A stretch of 64,000 nt of DNA from an uncultured Acidobacteriota bacterium (GTDB taxonomy: Bacteria > Acidobacteriota > UBA6911 > RPQK01 > JAPXNP01), in assembly GCA_963777605.1 (NCBI GenBank), contig CAVZRV010000007.1, positions 992,001 to 1,056,000 on the forward strand. The letters are read 5' to 3'. Shown in pieces: positions 19,138-29,497 of this stretch. Both the position numbers and the translations under genes were made by a program. The notes under the pieces are model-generated. The model saw nothing but the letters and a program-made list of their open reading frames with translations, ran no database searches and had not been told where the DNA came from. Numbering within the stretch: the stretch's first letter is position 1; each line of letters starts with the position of its first letter.

Positions 19138-20568
19138 CTATGCAGGAGGGCCGAACTGCCATCCCGTGCGAGGGAAACGGCTCAGAACGACGGAGTCGCC
19201 GGTCAGCCAGCCGTGCCCGAGTGCGTGACCCTGGTACCGAATCAGTACCTGGCCGGGCTGGGGTGCCGAGCAGGAATGGTCCAAACGGTTTGCGAAGGCG
19301 AAGACGTCCTGCCAATTCGTCAGCTCTACGCAGTTTCGAGTCGCTTGCGCTCCAAGCAGGTGAGCCCCTTCAGTAGTGATAGTGGGAGGGAACCTGCGCG
19401 TGTGGGCGATCGGGAGACCAATCCGCACCGGGACGGCGTGGAAGGGGAAGCCTTCAAAGCCGCTGGACGCCGAGTTCAGTTCCGCTGCGAGAGAGTACAG
19501 GCTTCCGGCGAGCAACCTGTCCGAGAAACCGAATCGATGAGAAAGCTGTTCCAGGACTGCTTCGATAGCCGGTTCCGGGTCGCCGGAAAGGACCGAGCAG
19601 GGAGTTCTCGGACTGCGCAGTCGGGGACGACCGAAGGATCCGGTCTTGCGAATTCGGGCGACAAAGAAACCCTCGCAATGGTTTTCATGTGGGTAGATGC
19701 GAATTGCACGGCGCATCTGGGCAGGCCAGTGATGGCCTTCAAACTGCGTGAGGCCGGGGCGAGTTTGGAGGCCCGGCAGGAGGACCGGCTCGAGTTCTAT
19801 TGGGAACCGTTCGAGTGCCTCAGCAAGGATCACTTCGTTTTCCTGCGGCGCCACCGTGCAGGTGGAGTAAATCAAGACACCTCCCGGACGGAGTGCTTTC
19901 AGTCCGCTGGTGAGTAGGCTCCGTTGCTGGATCGCCAGGCGCTCACTTCGTGCGGGCGTCCAGCGGCACAGCACCTCCGGGGACTTACCAAGGGTGCCGA
20001 GGGCCGAACAGGGCGCGTCCAACAGGACTCCGTCAAAGCTCTCAAAGTACTGGTTCCCGTAGAGCTCACCGTAGCCCTTCAGCACGGCAGCGTTGGTGGC
20101 CCCCATTCTGCGAAGGTTGAAAACAAGGCTCCGAATTCGTTTGGCGGACGGATCGTTGGCGACGATCAGCCCGTCCGGGCTGATCCACTCGGCCAGTTGA
20201 GTGGTTTTGGACCCGGGAGCCCCGCAGAGATCCAGCACGCGATCCGCGGACTTGGGCGCGAGGGCACAGACTGGGGTCATGGAAGCCAGATCCTGGATAT
20301 AGATCTCGCCCAGGAAGTGGCACAGGCTCTTGCCGATTGAGCCAGCATTTCGATCGGCGCTGAACACGCCCTCCCAGCCGGGTAGTCCTTTGAACTCAAA
20401 TCCCTCAGCGCGAAGGAGAGCCTCCTGAAACGAGCGTGAGTGCTTCAGCGAATTGAACCGAAACCAGAATGGAGGTTCGACGCCGGCCTGCTCCAGGTAG
20501 TGCCCGGACTGGCCCTCCGTGACGGCGTCGAGCAGGGAGGCGAGCTCCGAGGTGGTGTCAGTTGTCAT
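19138..20568 (-). CDS. rsmF: RsmF/NOP2 family rRNA cytosine-C5 methyltransferase
   Basis: YIQDLASM, LDLCGAPGSKT, LLDAPCS, YSTCT..PQENE, GFFVA. Confidence 0.8.
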   Translation of the reverse strand: MTTDTTSELASLLDAVTEGQSGHYLEQAGVEPPFWFRFNSLKHSRSFQEALLRAEGFEFKGLPGWEGVFSADRNAGSIGKSLCHFLGEIYIQDLASMTPVCALAPKSADRVLDLCGAPGSKTTQLAEWISPDGLIVANDPSAKRIRSLVFNLRRMGATNAAVLKGYGELYGNQYFESFDGVLLDAPCSALGTLGKSPEVLCRWTPARSERLAIQQRSLLTSGLKALRPGGVLIYSTCTVAPQENEVILAEALERFPIELEPVLLPGLQTRPGLTQFEGHHWPAQMRRAIRIYPHENHCEGFFVARIRKTGSFGRPRLRSPRTPCSVLSGDPEPAIEAVLEQLSHRFGFSDRLLAGSLYSLAAELNSASSGFEGFPFHAVPVRIGLPIAHTRRFPPTITTEGAHLLGAQATRNCVELTNWQDVFAFANRLDHSCSAPQPGQVLIRYQGHALGHGWLTGDSVVLSRFPRTGWQFGPPA

Positions 20569-20643
20569 TCGTGTACTCAAACCGATATTATCAAGGACAG
20601 GCAGTTCCGGAAGACCGGGCCATTTCCTTTCGAGTGTTTGAGA

Positions 20644-21399
20644 GTGAAGCATCCTTTCCAATGGGTCGTCGTCCTTTTGCTGGTACTTCTCGCGCCGAGC
20701 ATTTTGCGAGGCATGGAAGACCGGCCTGCAATCGATTCAGGGTCGGTACCGGACTTCACTTTTGTTCGCCTGATCTATTCAGGGGGCAACTGGAGAGGAT
20801 CGAATTGGGCGACCGACTACCCGAAGGCGGACCATCAACTCCTTTATGCGATCCGAAAGTTAACCGACCTCTCGTTCATCAATCCTGAGGCCAAGGCGAT
20901 GCCTCTCAGTTCCGAGGAACTGTTCGAATACCCTTTCCTGTATGCAGTCGAAGTGGGGTACATGCACTTGAGCGACGAAGAAGCCGCCCGCCTGCGGGAG
21001 TACCTGCTTCGGGGTGGTTTCCTGATGGTGGACGACTTTCATGGTGAGTACGAGTGGCAGAACTTCTACCACGAAATCAAGAAGGCGCTGCCGGAATACG
21101 AACCTGAAGATCTCCCCATCGAACACCCCGTCTTCCACTGCTACTTCGAAATCAACAAGGTCTTTCAGGTCCCTGGCCTGCAGTTCCTCTACACGGGACG
21201 CACTTGGGAAAAAGGAGGCCGGGTGGCGCACTATCGTGGTATCCACGACGATAACGGACGTCTGATGGTGATGATCAACCACAACGTTGACTTCGGAGAC
21301 GCCTGGGAGTGGGCCGAGGTCGAGATGTACCCGCGTCGTTATGCCCACCTCGCATTTCAACTCAGCGTCAACTACATCGTCTATTCGATGACCCACTGA
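20644..21399 (+). CDS. DUF4159 domain protein
   Basis: WATDYP, YPFLY, LREYLLRGGFLMVDDF, DFGDAWE, VNYIVYSMTH. Confidence 0.85.
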   Translation: MKHPFQWVVVLLLVLLAPSILRGMEDRPAIDSGSVPDFTFVRLIYSGGNWRGSNWATDYPKADHQLLYAIRKLTDLSFINPEAKAMPLSSEELFEYPFLYAVEVGYMHLSDEEAARLREYLLRGGFLMVDDFHGEYEWQNFYHEIKKALPEYEPEDLPIEHPVFHCYFEINKVFQVPGLQFLYTGRTWEKGGRVAHYRGIHDDNGRLMVMINHNVDFGDAWEWAEVEMYPRRYAHLAFQLSVNYIVYSMTH

Positions 21400-21457
21400 A
21401 TTGCCGGCGGCGTTTCTCCGGATTGTGACCGCGAGACCACGCGCGCGGCCGCGAACT

Positions 21458-22670
21458 TCAATCTCCGTTTGAGCGAAGTTGCTCGAGGAGGCGCGATGCT
21501 TCCCGGGCAGCCCCATCATAATCAGGAAGCGAGAGCACCGCCCGATAGTGAGCGGCGGCGGCTTCGGTTCGGCCCAGCCGGGACAGGGTACGGCCCAGTT
21601 CGAGGTGTCCCGTTACCCGGTCCGCGTCGGAAGCGTCCGGACTCGCCAGGGCTGCCTCAAAGTAGCTGCAGGCAAGATCGGGTTGGCCGCTGTCCCGAAG
21701 CTTGAGCGCCAGCTGGTTGTTGAACCGGGCCTGGCGGAGGGCCTGATAGTTGGGCGCTTGTAAAGCCGCCAGCTGAGAAATTCGACGATAGACGTCCAGG
21801 GACTCGGTTTGGCGACCCATACGCTCCAGGATTTGGGCCTGGTTGACGTGAAAGATGTAATTCTCGGGGTACTTGGCGTGGAGCTGTTCTGCCAGGCGGA
21901 GCCCGTCCCGATAGCGCTTCTCACGGACAAAAAGGACCATCTGAAGGACCCGGCTGTCGTCGGAGACGAACTCTCCATTTTGAGCCGCAAGGTTCAGGTA
22001 CTCGAAGCCTCGCTCTTCACTTCCCCGGTAGCCGAAGAAAGTGGTGAACCACTTGATGTACCAGGGGAGGTTGGCAACGATGTATTCGTACAGTCCGGCA
22101 CTCATGTAGGCGTCGTAGAAGTCCGGGGCCCGTTCCAGAATTTGGGAGTGATAGCGATAGGCCCGTTTTCCAAATGTGAATGCGCTGCCGACACTGTGTT
22201 CGACCGTGAATGCATACGATCCCTCGACGCCCTCGACGGCTCCCAGGAAATAAAGGGCTTCCAGATCGTAGGGGTTCTTCTCCAACAGGGCAGTGCAAAG
22301 CTGGCGCGCCTTCTGAATGTTCTCCTGGTAGCGTTGGCGGATTCCGCTGGGAACATCGACCGCCCTGGCGTCGGCAAAGTATCCGGGAGAAACAAACTTC
22401 TCCAAATCGAGGTCGAGGTGATCGAAGAGGAACTTGAAGCCAGGAGGTCGCGGCCAAATAGAGCGGAGGGGCGGGGTGTTCCGGATATTCCTCGGCAAGG
22501 CGGGTGAAGACCTCGTCTGCTGCGGCATAGTCCAGGCGGTATATGTCATCAAAGCCCGGACGGGCCTCGCGCATGAACTCGGGAGAACGCAGGTCGCCTG
22601 CATTGAGGATAGCCGTCCCAAATACCAGGGGAAGGACCAAGGAATGGACCAGCCGAAAGAGGGGATTCAT
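21458..22670 (-). CDS. Secreted tetratricopeptide repeat protein; frameshift near 22440
   Basis: Signal peptide and TPR start in ORF 22017-22760, continuing in ORF 21458-22621 with TPR-like helices (FYDAYMSAGLYEY). Confidence 0.7.
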
Positions 22671-22749
22671 AAGCGCCTGGCACCTCAGCGCGATGGCTCG
22701 CAGCGTCGGGCCAGCCCTGCAACCCGGCGCGTGGATCAACCGCACTTCA

Positions 22750-23466
22750 TCACAATCCACCCCAGTAGAACATCACGCCCGTGCTGATTTGCCAATTGTG
22801 CAGTAACCCTTCAGCGTTGAATCCAGGCCCCACGTTTCCCTGGAAGGAAGGAGAGTTCTTGGGGAGCCCATATCCGGGTACACCCGTGATTTGATCGCGA
22901 AGGTCAAACCGAACACCCCAGCGCTGGCCGACAAGATACTTGAGTCCTCCGCCAACAGAGGCCGCCAGCTTCCAGACATTCTGAAGGTCAACTCCTGCCC
23001 TGGCGGCGTCGGCGCGAGACGCTCCGTCAACCTGAAAAAAGGCGGCACCCAAACCTGCGGAGACATAGGGACGAAGCTGCTGGTCAGAAATAGTGGGATA
23101 AAAGAGCAGGTTGTAGACGGCGCTGTGGACTTGATGTTTCAGGTCAAGCCTGGACAGTGTTGGGCGCACGTCCAAAAACGCCATGGGCTGGTTTGAGAAG
23201 CTATATTCCAGTTCGGCGCCGAAGTTGTCGTTCAGGTTCTCCGTGATTCTTCCGCCAGCCATGTAACCGGACGAAAAATCAAGGGTTACGAGTCGAGTCG
23301 CATCTTGGCCGTCCACCGGAGTGACACTCGTCTTGTCTCCGACCGAGCTGAGCCCGAACAGAAGGGAGAGTTCCCACTTGTCCTTGTTTTCGTACTGGGT
23401 CTGTGCGCTGAGCGCCGGGGCGCTGAGAACCACAACCGCTACTGCCAGAATGATCTTCCTTAACAT
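22750..23466 (-). CDS. Outer membrane beta-barrel protein
   Basis: Signal peptide, amphipathic strands, RPYVSAGLG, GGGLKY, terminal aromatic residue. Confidence 0.8.
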   Translation of the reverse strand: MLRKIILAVAVVVLSAPALSAQTQYENKDKWELSLLFGLSSVGDKTSVTPVDGQDATRLVTLDFSSGYMAGGRITENLNDNFGAELEYSFSNQPMAFLDVRPTLSRLDLKHQVHSAVYNLLFYPTISDQQLRPYVSAGLGAAFFQVDGASRADAARAGVDLQNVWKLAASVGGGLKYLVGQRWGVRFDLRDQITGVPGYGLPKNSPSFQGNVGPGFNAEGLLHNWQISTGVMFYWGGL

Positions 23467-23573
23467 CGTGTACTCCCGCAGGCTTCTATGAGGCACTAAT
23501 ACTATACTCAAGATGCGAAAAGAGCTGCAAAGACTACAAGAGAGTCGCCGCGTGCAGCCGCTTCGAGAATTCG

Positions 23574-23604
23574 ATACACTAGTTTTCTTATCGGTTTAGT
23601 GTAT
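23574..23604. promoter_or_regulatory. AT-rich inverted repeat in the cysD promoter (candidate operator)
   Basis: ATACACTA-N15-TAGTGTAT in the divergent intergenic region. Confidence 0.4.
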
Positions 23605-23642
23605 ATAGACTCAGAACTACTCTTTCGTATAGAAGAAAACCA

Positions 23643-24548
23643 ATGGAACAGTACAGTCTGACCAACCTGCAGCAGCTGGAGGCGGAGAGTATCTTCATCA
23701 TCCGGGAGGTCGTTGCGGAATTCGAGAACCCGGTGATGCTCTACTCCGTCGGGAAAGATTCCTCCGTGATGGTTCACCTGGCTCGAAAGGCCTTTCGCCC
23801 CGGCAAAATTCCCTTCCCGCTCCTCCATATCGATACTTCCATGAAGTTCCCGGAAATGTACGAATTCCGTGATCGGTTTTGTCGGGAGATAGGTGCCGAC
23901 TTGATCGTACACACGAACCGGCCCGCCCTGGACGCGGGGGCCAGTCCCTATGCACTGGGGACGCAGCGTTGCTGCGGCCTGCTCAAGACCCAGGCCCTTC
24001 TCGATGCGCTCCGGGCCGGCCAGTACGACGCGGCGTTCGGCGGTGCCCGGCGTGAGGAGGAAAAGAGCAGGGCAAAGGAGCGAGTGCTTTCGTTTCGGGA
24101 CGCATTCGGCCAGTGGGACCCCAAGAACCAGCGCCCTGAACTGTGGGAACTCTACAACACAAGGGTCAACCAGGGAGAGACGATTCGGGCCTTTCCGCTT
24201 TCGAATTGGACTGAACTCGATATCTGGCATTACGTGCACCAGGAAGAGATCCCCGTCGTACCGCTCTATTTCGCCCAGGAAAGAGACGTTATTGAGCGGG
24301 CCGGCCAGTTGATCCCAATCTACGAGAAGACCATGGTGCGAGCCGAGGACGAGGTCAAGCGCTTGCGTTGCCGCTTCCGAACTCTTGGTTGTTACCCCTG
24401 CACGGGGGCCGTGGCCAGCGAGGCGACGACGGTGGAGGAGATCATCGAAGAGATGATGATTGCACGGCAGTCAGAACGGGTTTCGCGAGTGATCGATCAC
24501 GACGCTGAGGGTTCAATGGAGATGAAGAAACGGGAGGGCTACTTCTGA
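23643..24548 (+). CDS. cysD: Sulfate adenylyltransferase subunit 2
   Basis: [52 protein letters not shown]. Confidence 0.97.
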   Translation: MEQYSLTNLQQLEAESIFIIREVVAEFENPVMLYSVGKDSSVMVHLARKAFRPGKIPFPLLHIDTSMKFPEMYEFRDRFCREIGADLIVHTNRPALDAGASPYALGTQRCCGLLKTQALLDALRAGQYDAAFGGARREEEKSRAKERVLSFRDAFGQWDPKNQRPELWELYNTRVNQGETIRAFPLSNWTELDIWHYVHQEEIPVVPLYFAQERDVIERAGQLIPIYEKTMVRAEDEVKRLRCRFRTLGCYPCTGAVASEATTVEEIIEEMMIARQSERVSRVIDHDAEGSMEMKKREGYF

Positions 24549-26464
24549 TGCAGGTAGAAGAACTACTGCGCCGAAACCGCGAATCCAGCCTTCTCCGTTT
24601 CGTGACCATCGGAAGCGTTGACGACGGCAAGAGCACCTTGATTGGTCGCCTGCTCTACGAATCCAAGAGTATTTACGAGGACCAACTCCAGTCCCTGGAA
24701 CGGGCCTCGTCCCGCCTGGGCCGCGGGCAGGTCGATCTGGCTTTCTTGACCGACGGACTCAAGTCGGAGCGGGAGCAGGGGATCACCATTGACGTTGCTT
24801 ACCGTTACTTTTCAACGCCGCGGAGGCGCTTTATTGTTGCCGATTGCCCGGGGCACGAGCAGTACACGCGGAACATGGTCACGGGAGCGTCAACCGCAAG
24901 CCTGGCGGTCCTCCTGATCGACGCCTCGCTCGGAGTGCTGACCCAGTCCAAGCGGCACGCATTCATTGCCTCGCTCCTGGGAATCCCGCATATCGTCGTC
25001 TGCGTCAACAAGATGGACCTCGTTGACTGGGACCGCGAAGTCTACGAGGGGATCAAGACCCAGTACCAGGATTTTGCCGCCCGGCTTGAAATCAAGGACC
25101 TGACTTTTATTCCAGTCAGCGCACTGGATGGGGAGAATGTCACTTCCCTGGGATCCCGAATGCCCTGGTATCACGGGCCTTCGCTCCTCGAGCACCTGGA
25201 GACCGTCTTCACGGGTAGCGACCGCAACCTGGTCGATCTGCGGATGCCGGTCCAGTACGTCCTGCGGCAGAGTGCCGACTTTCGAGGCTACTGCGGCCGA
25301 ATCGCTTCGGGGATCCTCCGTGTCGGGGACGAAGTGCGCCTTCTTCCCTCCGGACGGAGCAGTCGAATCAAGTCGATTGTCGGACCCGACGGCGAACTGA
25401 GTTACGCCTTCCCCCCGCAGTCGGTTACGGTCAGCCTGGAGGACGAAATCGACGTGAGCCGTGGGACCGTCCTGGCGCACCCGCAAAATCTGCCCGTCGT
25501 CGGCCGGGAACTGGAGGCGATCCTGGTGTGGATGTCCGAGGAGCCCTTCAAACCGGGCAAGCCATACATTATCAAGCACTGCGCGCGACAGATTCGCGGC
25601 CAGTTTACCCGGCTCAACTACCGGATCGAACCCGAAGAACTCCACCGGGGACCGGCCGAGTCGCTGGGTTTGAACGAAATCGGGCGAGTGGAACTTGAAC
25701 TCTATCAGCCGATCGCCTTTGACGAGTACTCGAGAAATCGAACTACCGGCAGCTTTATCGTGATTGACCCGGTTGGCAACGGAACCGTCGGAGCCGGAGT
25801 AATCATCACCCGATTCAAGGGGAGAGGCTCCGCCGCCCGATCGGGAGCCCTGGCGTCCCCCGCAAGCCGGAATATTACACCGCACCGGGGACTGGTTCCG
25901 CCGGAGAGGAGGCACCAGTTACTCGGGCAGCGGCCGGTGACGCTCTGGTTTACAGGCTTGAGTAGTTCCGGCAAGAGCACGATTGCACTCAACCTTGAAA
26001 AACGGCTTATTCACGACGGGCATGCGGCCTATGTTCTCGACGGCGACAATATCCGGGTCGGGCTGAACCGGGACCTGGGTTTTTCGGCTTCGGACCGAAC
26101 CGAGAACATCCGAAGGATTTCCGAAGTCGCCGCTTTGTTCAACGAGTCGGGGATGATCGTTCTGACCGCCTTCATTTCTCCCTATCGGGAGGATCGTTCC
26201 AGCGCCCGGGAAATCGTCGGAGACGCCAACTTTGTCGAGGTCTTTGTCGATGCCCCCGTCGAAGTCTGCGAAGCCCGGGACCCGAAGGGGCTCTATCGCC
26301 GCGCCCGGAGCGGGGAAATCGCGGAATTTACCGGAGTGTCCGCTCCTTACGAGGCGCCGGAGGCTCCCCAGATCCATCTGAAGACGGCCAGTCAGAGTGT
26401 GGAGGAGTGTGTCGAAGAAATCCTCCGGCACCTGAGGGGAAAAGGCTTTCTCGCGAACGGCTAG
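24548..26464 (+). CDS. cysNC: Bifunctional sulfate adenylyltransferase subunit 1 / adenylylsulfate kinase
   Basis: GSVDDGKSTLIGRLL, EREQGITIDVAYRYF; APS kinase motifs WFTGLSSSGKST, LDGDN, DPKGLY. Confidence 0.95.
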   Translation: MQVEELLRRNRESSLLRFVTIGSVDDGKSTLIGRLLYESKSIYEDQLQSLERASSRLGRGQVDLAFLTDGLKSEREQGITIDVAYRYFSTPRRRFIVADCPGHEQYTRNMVTGASTASLAVLLIDASLGVLTQSKRHAFIASLLGIPHIVVCVNKMDLVDWDREVYEGIKTQYQDFAARLEIKDLTFIPVSALDGENVTSLGSRMPWYHGPSLLEHLETVFTGSDRNLVDLRMPVQYVLRQSADFRGYCGRIASGILRVGDEVRLLPSGRSSRIKSIVGPDGELSYAFPPQSVTVSLEDEIDVSRGTVLAHPQNLPVVGRELEAILVWMSEEPFKPGKPYIIKHCARQIRGQFTRLNYRIEPEELHRGPAESLGLNEIGRVELELYQPIAFDEYSRNRTTGSFIVIDPVGNGTVGAGVIITRFKGRGSAARSGALASPASRNITPHRGLVPPERRHQLLGQRPVTLWFTGLSSSGKSTIALNLEKRLIHDGHAAYVLDGDNIRVGLNRDLGFSASDRTENIRRISEVAALFNESGMIVLTAFISPYREDRSSAREIVGDANFVEVFVDAPVEVCEARDPKGLYRRARSGEIAEFTGVSAPYEAPEAPQIHLKTASQSVEECVEEILRHLRGKGFLANG

Positions 26465-26684
26465 GGCTGGTCGGCAACAATGAGGCACGCCACCTTCCGG
26501 GGGACCTTCCAGGTTCCACCGATTGCCTGGTGGGAACGATTCTCTTGACACTGTTGGATTCCCGCGCACACACTGGGCGGGAGAAGAACAGCAAAATGGT
26601 TTCCCTTCCTCGCCGAGAGGCTCGTCCGGGTATTGCCATCAGCCGGCGGCCTTTCATCGGGGTGATCCTGAGGAGGTGACCACC

Positions 26685-27746
26685 ATGCGCTCAACGACTT
26701 GGCGTTGTGTCCGATCTGTCGCAATTGCCCTGGGCCTCATGCTGTCCGCCTGGCTCCTCCTTTCCTGCGGGGGCTCAAACCGGAGAGAGGAGGCCTCGGC
26801 GACGCTCGTTCTAGGGGCCTACACCACCCCGCGAGAAGCGTACGGCAAGGCCATCATTCCAGCCTTTCAGGAGTTCTGGAAAGCGCGAACCAGCAAGTCG
26901 ATCCAGTTTCGAGAATCCTACCTGGGAAGCGGAGCACAATCGAGGGCCGTGGTCGGCGGATTTGAAGCGGACCTGGTCGCTCTGTCTCTGGAAGCGGATG
27001 TGGATCGGATCAGCGAGGCCGGGCTGATTCAACACGACTGGAAATCGGGTTCCAATAAAGGAATTGTCTCTACCTCGATCGTCGTACTGGCGGTTCGAAA
27101 GGGGAACCCTCGAGGAATCAGAGACTGGGCCGACCTCCGCCAGCCGGACCTGGCAGTCCTGACGCCCGACCCCAGGACCTCAGGAGGCGCGATGTGGAAC
27201 ATCTGCGGCCTTTTCGGCGCTGCTCGGAGGGGATTTGTAGAAGGGGTTCCAGCCGACGACCCGGGCGCCGCCGCGGATTTTCTCAAAGCCGTTTTCAGGA
27301 ACGTCTCCATCATGGACAAAGGGGCCAGGGAATCGATCACGAATTTTGAACGGGGTGTCGGTGATGTGGCCATTACTTACGAGAACGAAGTGCTGGTGGC
27401 ACGTCAGGCCGGGCAGGAGTACGACTACGTTATTCCACGCTCGACCATTCTGATCGAGAATCCGGCAGCGGTCATCGATACCTACGCGGACCGGCACGGA
27501 GTGCGGGATGTTGCAGAGGCCTTCCTGGAGTTCCTCTGGAGCCCGGAAGCACAGCGCGCCTACGCCGATTACGGACTTCGCCCGGTGGATCCCGAAATTG
27601 CGGCTGAAGTCAGTGCGCGCTACCCGGTCGTCGAGGACCTATGGGATGTGAGCTACCTGGGCGGATGGGAACAGGCTGTCCCGCTCCTGTTCGGTCCGGA
27701 CGGAATCTACACCCGCATGTACCTTGAGATGCACGGAGCCCAATGA
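26685..27746 (+). CDS. sbp: Sulfate ABC transporter substrate-binding lipoprotein
   Basis: Lipobox LLSC, GSGAQSRAV, KGNPRGIRDWADL, PRTSGGAMWN, YENE; GAGGAGG RBS. Confidence 0.92.
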   Translation: MRSTTWRCVRSVAIALGLMLSAWLLLSCGGSNRREEASATLVLGAYTTPREAYGKAIIPAFQEFWKARTSKSIQFRESYLGSGAQSRAVVGGFEADLVALSLEADVDRISEAGLIQHDWKSGSNKGIVSTSIVVLAVRKGNPRGIRDWADLRQPDLAVLTPDPRTSGGAMWNICGLFGAARRGFVEGVPADDPGAAADFLKAVFRNVSIMDKGARESITNFERGVGDVAITYENEVLVARQAGQEYDYVIPRSTILIENPAAVIDTYADRHGVRDVAEAFLEFLWSPEAQRAYADYGLRPVDPEIAAEVSARYPVVEDLWDVSYLGGWEQAVPLLFGPDGIYTRMYLEMHGAQ

Positions 27747-28615
27747 GCAATCCGGTCAGGCTGGGCGAACCGGTAGCGCCGTCGTCACAGGTTTCCACAC
27801 GAGTGCAGCCCTGGGGGAGATGGGGTCTGAGGGCTGCGGCGGTCAGTTACCTCGGTCTGATGATCGTTGTGCCGCTTGGCGCCGTCGTGGAGACCGGTCT
27901 GTCCGGAGGAGTGGGAGTCTTCCTGGGAGACCTGTCGAACCCCATCGCGTGGTCAGCCCTGAAACTCACCCTGATGGTGGCCGCCGCCACCACAGCCGTC
28001 AACACCGTTTTCGGAACCTTGACCGCCTACGTTCTTGTGCGGATCGAATTTCCCGGGCGGCGGTTCTTCAACGCGATCGTGGATCTGCCCTTTGCCGTGC
28101 CGACGCTCGTGACCGGCCTCATGCTGGTCGTCCTGTACGGACCCCAGGGATTGGCTGGAGCCTGGCTCGAGCAGCACGGAATTCAGCTGATCTTCGCCAA
28201 GCCGGGCATCGTTTTGGCCCTGCTGCTGGTGACCTATCCTTTTGTGATCCGGAGCGTCCAGCCGGGTCTGCTGGAACTGGAACGGGATCAGGAAGAGGCG
28301 GCGTACACCCTGGGAGCCTCGAAGTGGATTGCTTTCTGGAGGATTGTCCTGCCGACGATTCTTCCCGCGGTCTTGACCGGAGCTCTCTTGACCTTTTCTC
28401 GAGCGCTGGGCGAGTTCGGATCGGTGGTCATCGTGGCGGGGAACATTCCGGGCCAGACCCTGACGGCTCCGGTGCATATCTACGGGCAAATCGAGTTTGA
28501 CAACCAGCGGGCTGCCAGTGCCATGTCTATCCTGATTCTGGCACTCTCGTTCAGCCTCATCGTGGTCGTGGACTGGATGCAGCGAAAGAGGGATATCCGA
28601 CATGGCCGGTCGTGA
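27743..28615 (+). CDS. cysT: Sulfate ABC transporter permease CysT
   Basis: VDLPFAVPT, EEAAYTLGAS, RALGEFGSV. Confidence 0.9.
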   Translation: MSNPVRLGEPVAPSSQVSTRVQPWGRWGLRAAAVSYLGLMIVVPLGAVVETGLSGGVGVFLGDLSNPIAWSALKLTLMVAAATTAVNTVFGTLTAYVLVRIEFPGRRFFNAIVDLPFAVPTLVTGLMLVVLYGPQGLAGAWLEQHGIQLIFAKPGIVLALLLVTYPFVIRSVQPGLLELERDQEEAAYTLGASKWIAFWRIVLPTILPAVLTGALLTFSRALGEFGSVVIVAGNIPGQTLTAPVHIYGQIEFDNQRAASAMSILILALSFSLIVVVDWMQRKRDIRHGRS

Positions 28616-29462
28616 CGGGCGCCCCATTGACGCTCCGCAGGGCGGGCGGGCCTTGCGAAAGAACCGCTTATGGGAGTGGTGCCTGGTGCTTCTGGTTGCG
28701 GGCTACGCTGGAGTGCTCCTCCTGGGACCCATGACCGCAGTGATCTTCGGTGCTCTGCGCGAGGGACTCGGGGTCTTCTGGGCCCAGGTCACCAATCCGG
28801 AGGCCGTCAATGCCATTCGGCTCTCGTTGCTCCTGGGTTTGGGGGCAACGGTGCTGAACACCGTTTTCGGGCTTGGAATCGCCTGGGTTCTGGTCCGGGA
28901 TAACTTTCCTGGAAGACGCTATCTCAATGGGCTGGTCGATCTCCCGTTTGCCGTTTCTCCGGTGATCGCCGGTTTGATGTTGATTCTTCTCTTTGGACGA
29001 GACGGGTGGTTCAGTCCCTGGACGGAAGCAATCGGACTGAAGCTGGTCTTTGCCTGGCCCGGTATGTTACTGGCCACGACCTTTGTCAGCCTTCCCTTCG
29101 TCGTTCGAGAAGTCATGCCGGTCCTGAACCAGATTGGGGTCGAGCAGGAACTGGCTGCCTATACGATGGGGGCGAGCTCGTGGAGGACCTTCTGGTCGGT
29201 GACCTTTCCGTCCCTTCGATGGGGACTGCTCTACGGGATTTCGCTCACGTTGGCGCGGTCGTTCGGAGAATTCGGGGCCGTTCTCGTGGTCAGCGGTGGC
29301 GTGAGCGGACTGACGGAGACCTCGACGCTCTACATTTTCCGTTCACTGGATGACCGGAACTATGTCGGGGCCTACGCGATTGCGTTGCTGCTGGCGATGA
29401 TTTCGTTCGGGATCCTGATCGGAATGGAATTTCTAAAGCGCTCGAGAGAAAAGGCGGATTAA
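28602..29462 (+). CDS. cysW: Sulfate ABC transporter permease CysW
   Basis: DLPFAVSPVIAG, PFVVRE, LRWGLLYG, GEFGAV. Confidence 0.9.
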   Translation: MAGRDGRPIDAPQGGRALRKNRLWEWCLVLLVAGYAGVLLLGPMTAVIFGALREGLGVFWAQVTNPEAVNAIRLSLLLGLGATVLNTVFGLGIAWVLVRDNFPGRRYLNGLVDLPFAVSPVIAGLMLILLFGRDGWFSPWTEAIGLKLVFAWPGMLLATTFVSLPFVVREVMPVLNQIGVEQELAAYTMGASSWRTFWSVTFPSLRWGLLYGISLTLARSFGEFGAVLVVSGGVSGLTETSTLYIFRSLDDRNYVGAYAIALLLAMISFGILIGMEFLKRSREKAD

Positions 29463-29497
29463 CGGCCGGGCCAGGAGCCCGCCTGCAGGGACACGGT

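Noticed and set aside
26465-26684. SAM riboswitch before sbp
   Set aside because: No SAM-I or SAM-II core found; only a TTGACA-type promoter candidate and a hairpin
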